Assembly (NCBI GenBank): GCA_963815195.1
Contig: CAWFGE010000012.1
Span: forward strand, 448,001 to 512,000
Length of the DNA: 64,000 bases
DNA from: an uncultured Planctomycetaceae bacterium
GTDB lineage: Bacteria > Planctomycetota > Planctomycetia > Planctomycetales > Planctomycetaceae
Reading direction: 5' to 3'
The notes below the pieces were generated by a model. It saw nothing but the letters and a program-made list of their open reading frames with translations, had not been told where the DNA came from and ran no database searches. Made by a program: the position numbers and the translations under genes. Every line of letters begins with the position of its first letter. Positions within the stretch are counted from its first letter, which is position 1. Positions 62,006 to 64,000 of this stretch are shown piece after piece.

Positions 62006-63136
62006 GTGAGACGATGCGCGCTGACCGCCTTGGCGGGATGGTTGCTGCTTTTGCGAGCGGTTTGCGTGCTGGCGGCGGACGAGGGAAATCTCGGCGAGGA
62101 TCGGGTTTTTCTGCCGCCGGCTCCCACGGGGAATGCGCTGCCCGAACCATTGACGGATCTCGGCCCGACAACCGCCGATCCCCCGCCGGCCGTCGAGCCG
62201 ACGCCGCTCACCGTGCCGGATGCGGATCTTGAACCGATCGTGGTGCCTCCGCCGGGCACTTCGAATGAAGACATGACCGCTCCAGTGGAGAATGGGAAGC
62301 CGTCTTCCAATCACCTCACGATTCGCATCGGGCCGAGCACCGTCTCGTTCACGCCGAAGCCGGCGGATTTTGCCACGAGTCGCTGGTGGCCGGGTTCGGG
62401 AACGATGGAATGGATGCCGGGGCACCGCGACCGGTTTGGGATGTTCAGCCTGACCGGCGGGGCGGCGGTGGCATGGGAAAACTGGGGCGGGATTTCCTCG
62501 GGCTTCGGCTACGGGTTCCACTTTCTCAATGGCCCCGTCCAAACCGACCTGCCGTCGCGGCTGTATGATTTGAATTGGGGCCTGAATTGGAACGGCGAAC
62601 TGATGCCGGGCTGGTCCGCGAGCCTGGGCGGCAAGGCCGGGATTTATTCGGACTTTGAAGACAGCGCCCGCGAGGGCTGGCGGTTCCCGGCGCATGCCGT
62701 CGTGTTTCACGATTGGACGGACACCGTCAGCGGGGCGGCGGGCGTCAAATATTTCGCCCGCGACAACCTGCCGCCGCTCCCCGTGGTGGGGTTGATCCTC
62801 CGTCCCGACGACCGCGTCCGCATCGAAGCTTTGTTCCCCGAACCGCAAATCGCCTGGCGGGTGCATGCCGATGACGATTCCGAACATTGGCTGTCGGTCT
62901 CCGGCCAGGTCGGTGGCGGGCAGTGGGCCATCGAACGGGCCAACACCGACCGCGCGGACGTCGTCACCTACAACGACTACCGCGCGGTGCTCGGATTTCA
63001 CAACTACAAACCCGGCGAACATGATGAGGCGTTCGAGGCCGGCTACATCTTCGCCCGCGACCTGACCTACCGCTCCGGCGTCGGCAACTTCCATCCCGGC
63101 GACACGTTCTTCTTCCGCTTCGTCAGCCGGTATTAA
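62006..63136 (+). CDS. Exported protein with Pro-rich linker and a probable outer-membrane beta-barrel C-domain
   Basis: Signal-like N-terminus; aromatic-rich amphipathic strands (DLPSRLYD, GIYSDFE, GGGQWAI); C-terminal Tyr. Confidence 0.65.
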   Translation: MRRCALTALAGWLLLLRAVCVLAADEGNLGEDRVFLPPAPTGNALPEPLTDLGPTTADPPPAVEPTPLTVPDADLEPIVVPPPGTSNEDMTAPVENGKPSSNHLTIRIGPSTVSFTPKPADFATSRWWPGSGTMEWMPGHRDRFGMFSLTGGAAVAWENWGGISSGFGYGFHFLNGPVQTDLPSRLYDLNWGLNWNGELMPGWSASLGGKAGIYSDFEDSAREGWRFPAHAVVFHDWTDTVSGAAGVKYFARDNLPPLPVVGLILRPDDRVRIEALFPEPQIAWRVHADDDSEHWLSVSGQVGGGQWAIERANTDRADVVTYNDYRAVLGFHNYKPGEHDEAFEAGYIFARDLTYRSGVGNFHPGDTFFFRFVSRY

Positions 63137-64000
63137 ACGCCACCGGAAGACTCTCCAGTCCCCGGAGCACCAGCCCTCGACGCCAGCGAAGCGCCTCGGG
63201 AGCGACGGCCAGTTTCCAATCCGCCGTCCCGTCAAGCAAAGTGCGAATCGCAATTTGGCCCTCCAACCGAGCCAAAGCCGCCCCCAGGCAAAAGTGAACA
63301 CCCACTCCGAAGGACACGTGTCGGTTCGGATCGCGGCAAATATCCACCTGACGGGCATTCGAGAATTGCGCTTCGTCCCGGTTGGCCGAGGCAATCGCGG
63401 CGAACACAAGCGAGCCTTGCGGAATGGTCACGCCCGCGATCGGCACATCTTCGCGAGTAAACCGTTCGGTGGCGGTCTCCAAGGGACTTGCAAACCGCAA
63501 GAGTTCCTCGACCGCCGATGCCGTCAGCGACGGGTCGTTTTGGAGTTTTTCCAGTTGCTCGGGATGCTCCAGGAGAGCGAGCATCCCGTTGCCGATGAGA
63601 TTGACGGTCGTTTCATGCCCGGCCACCAGGAGCAGGAAGATCATCGCGACCAGCTCATCTTCGCTCATGCAGTCGCCGGCTTCCTCCGCCTGGACGAGCG
63701 CCGAGATCAGATCGTCTTTCGAGGAACTTCGCCGCGACTTGACCAGCCTCCGGATGTACTTGAGGAATCTCCACACGGCGGGAAGGCCTTTCATCGCATC
63801 CCAGGCGGACCAGTTGAGTGATATGATCCGGCTGGACCAGCGGTGAAACTTGTGCCGATCGGCGGCGGGCACGCCCAGCATCTCGGCAATCACCGTGGTC
63901 GGGAGCGGAAGCGCGAAATCCCCAATGAGATCTTTCTGTTTCTCTTTCGCCATCGAGACGCGGAGTTCCCGGGCGAGCGATTGAATCCTGTCGCGCATCC
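63123..64000 (-). CDS. Cytochrome P450 (3' part; start outside window)
   Basis: LVAGHETT (I-helix), EELLR (ExxR), SANRD and FGVGVHFCLGAALARLE heme-Cys motif. Confidence 0.95.
   Translation of the reverse strand, partial: MRDRIQSLARELRVSMAKEKQKDLIGDFALPLPTTVIAEMLGVPAADRHKFHRWSSRIISLNWSAWDAMKGLPAVWRFLKYIRRLVKSRRSSSKDDLISALVQAEEAGDCMSEDELVAMIFLLLVAGHETTVNLIGNGMLALLEHPEQLEKLQNDPSLTASAVEELLRFASPLETATERFTREDVPIAGVTIPQGSLVFAAIASANRDEAQFSNARQVDICRDPNRHVSFGVGVHFCLGAALARLEGQIAIRTLLDGTADWKLAVAPEALRWRRGLVLRGLESLPVAFNTG

Overview
A 64 kb GC-rich chromosomal window from a planctomycete, probably Planctomycetaceae. The assignment is inferred from PVC-type CxxCH dehydrogenases, several PQQ-like beta-propeller proteins, a Tat-exported DUF1501 protein and a BBP2-type porin. 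It holds about 43 mostly housekeeping or accessory genes, with no rRNA, tRNA, CRISPR array, prophage or intact transposase seen. The most interesting items are: (1) a two-gene unit encoding a single-pass SLBB-domain membrane protein and a divergent actin-fold protein resembling archaeal volactin, a candidate membrane-anchored cytoskeletal system; (2) a B12-radical SAM gene that looks like the hopanoid C-2 methylase hpnP, unusual for this phylum; (3) a 238-bp REP-flanked element holding only the first and last codons of a RAYT-like transposase; (4) at least six REP/REPIN-like palindrome families; (5) an NrtR-type 21-bp operator over the pncB promoter. Eight otherwise intact genes carry single-base frameshifts, most likely sequencing or assembly errors. 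All family assignments come from motif recognition by eye and recalled family knowledge; no database searches were run.
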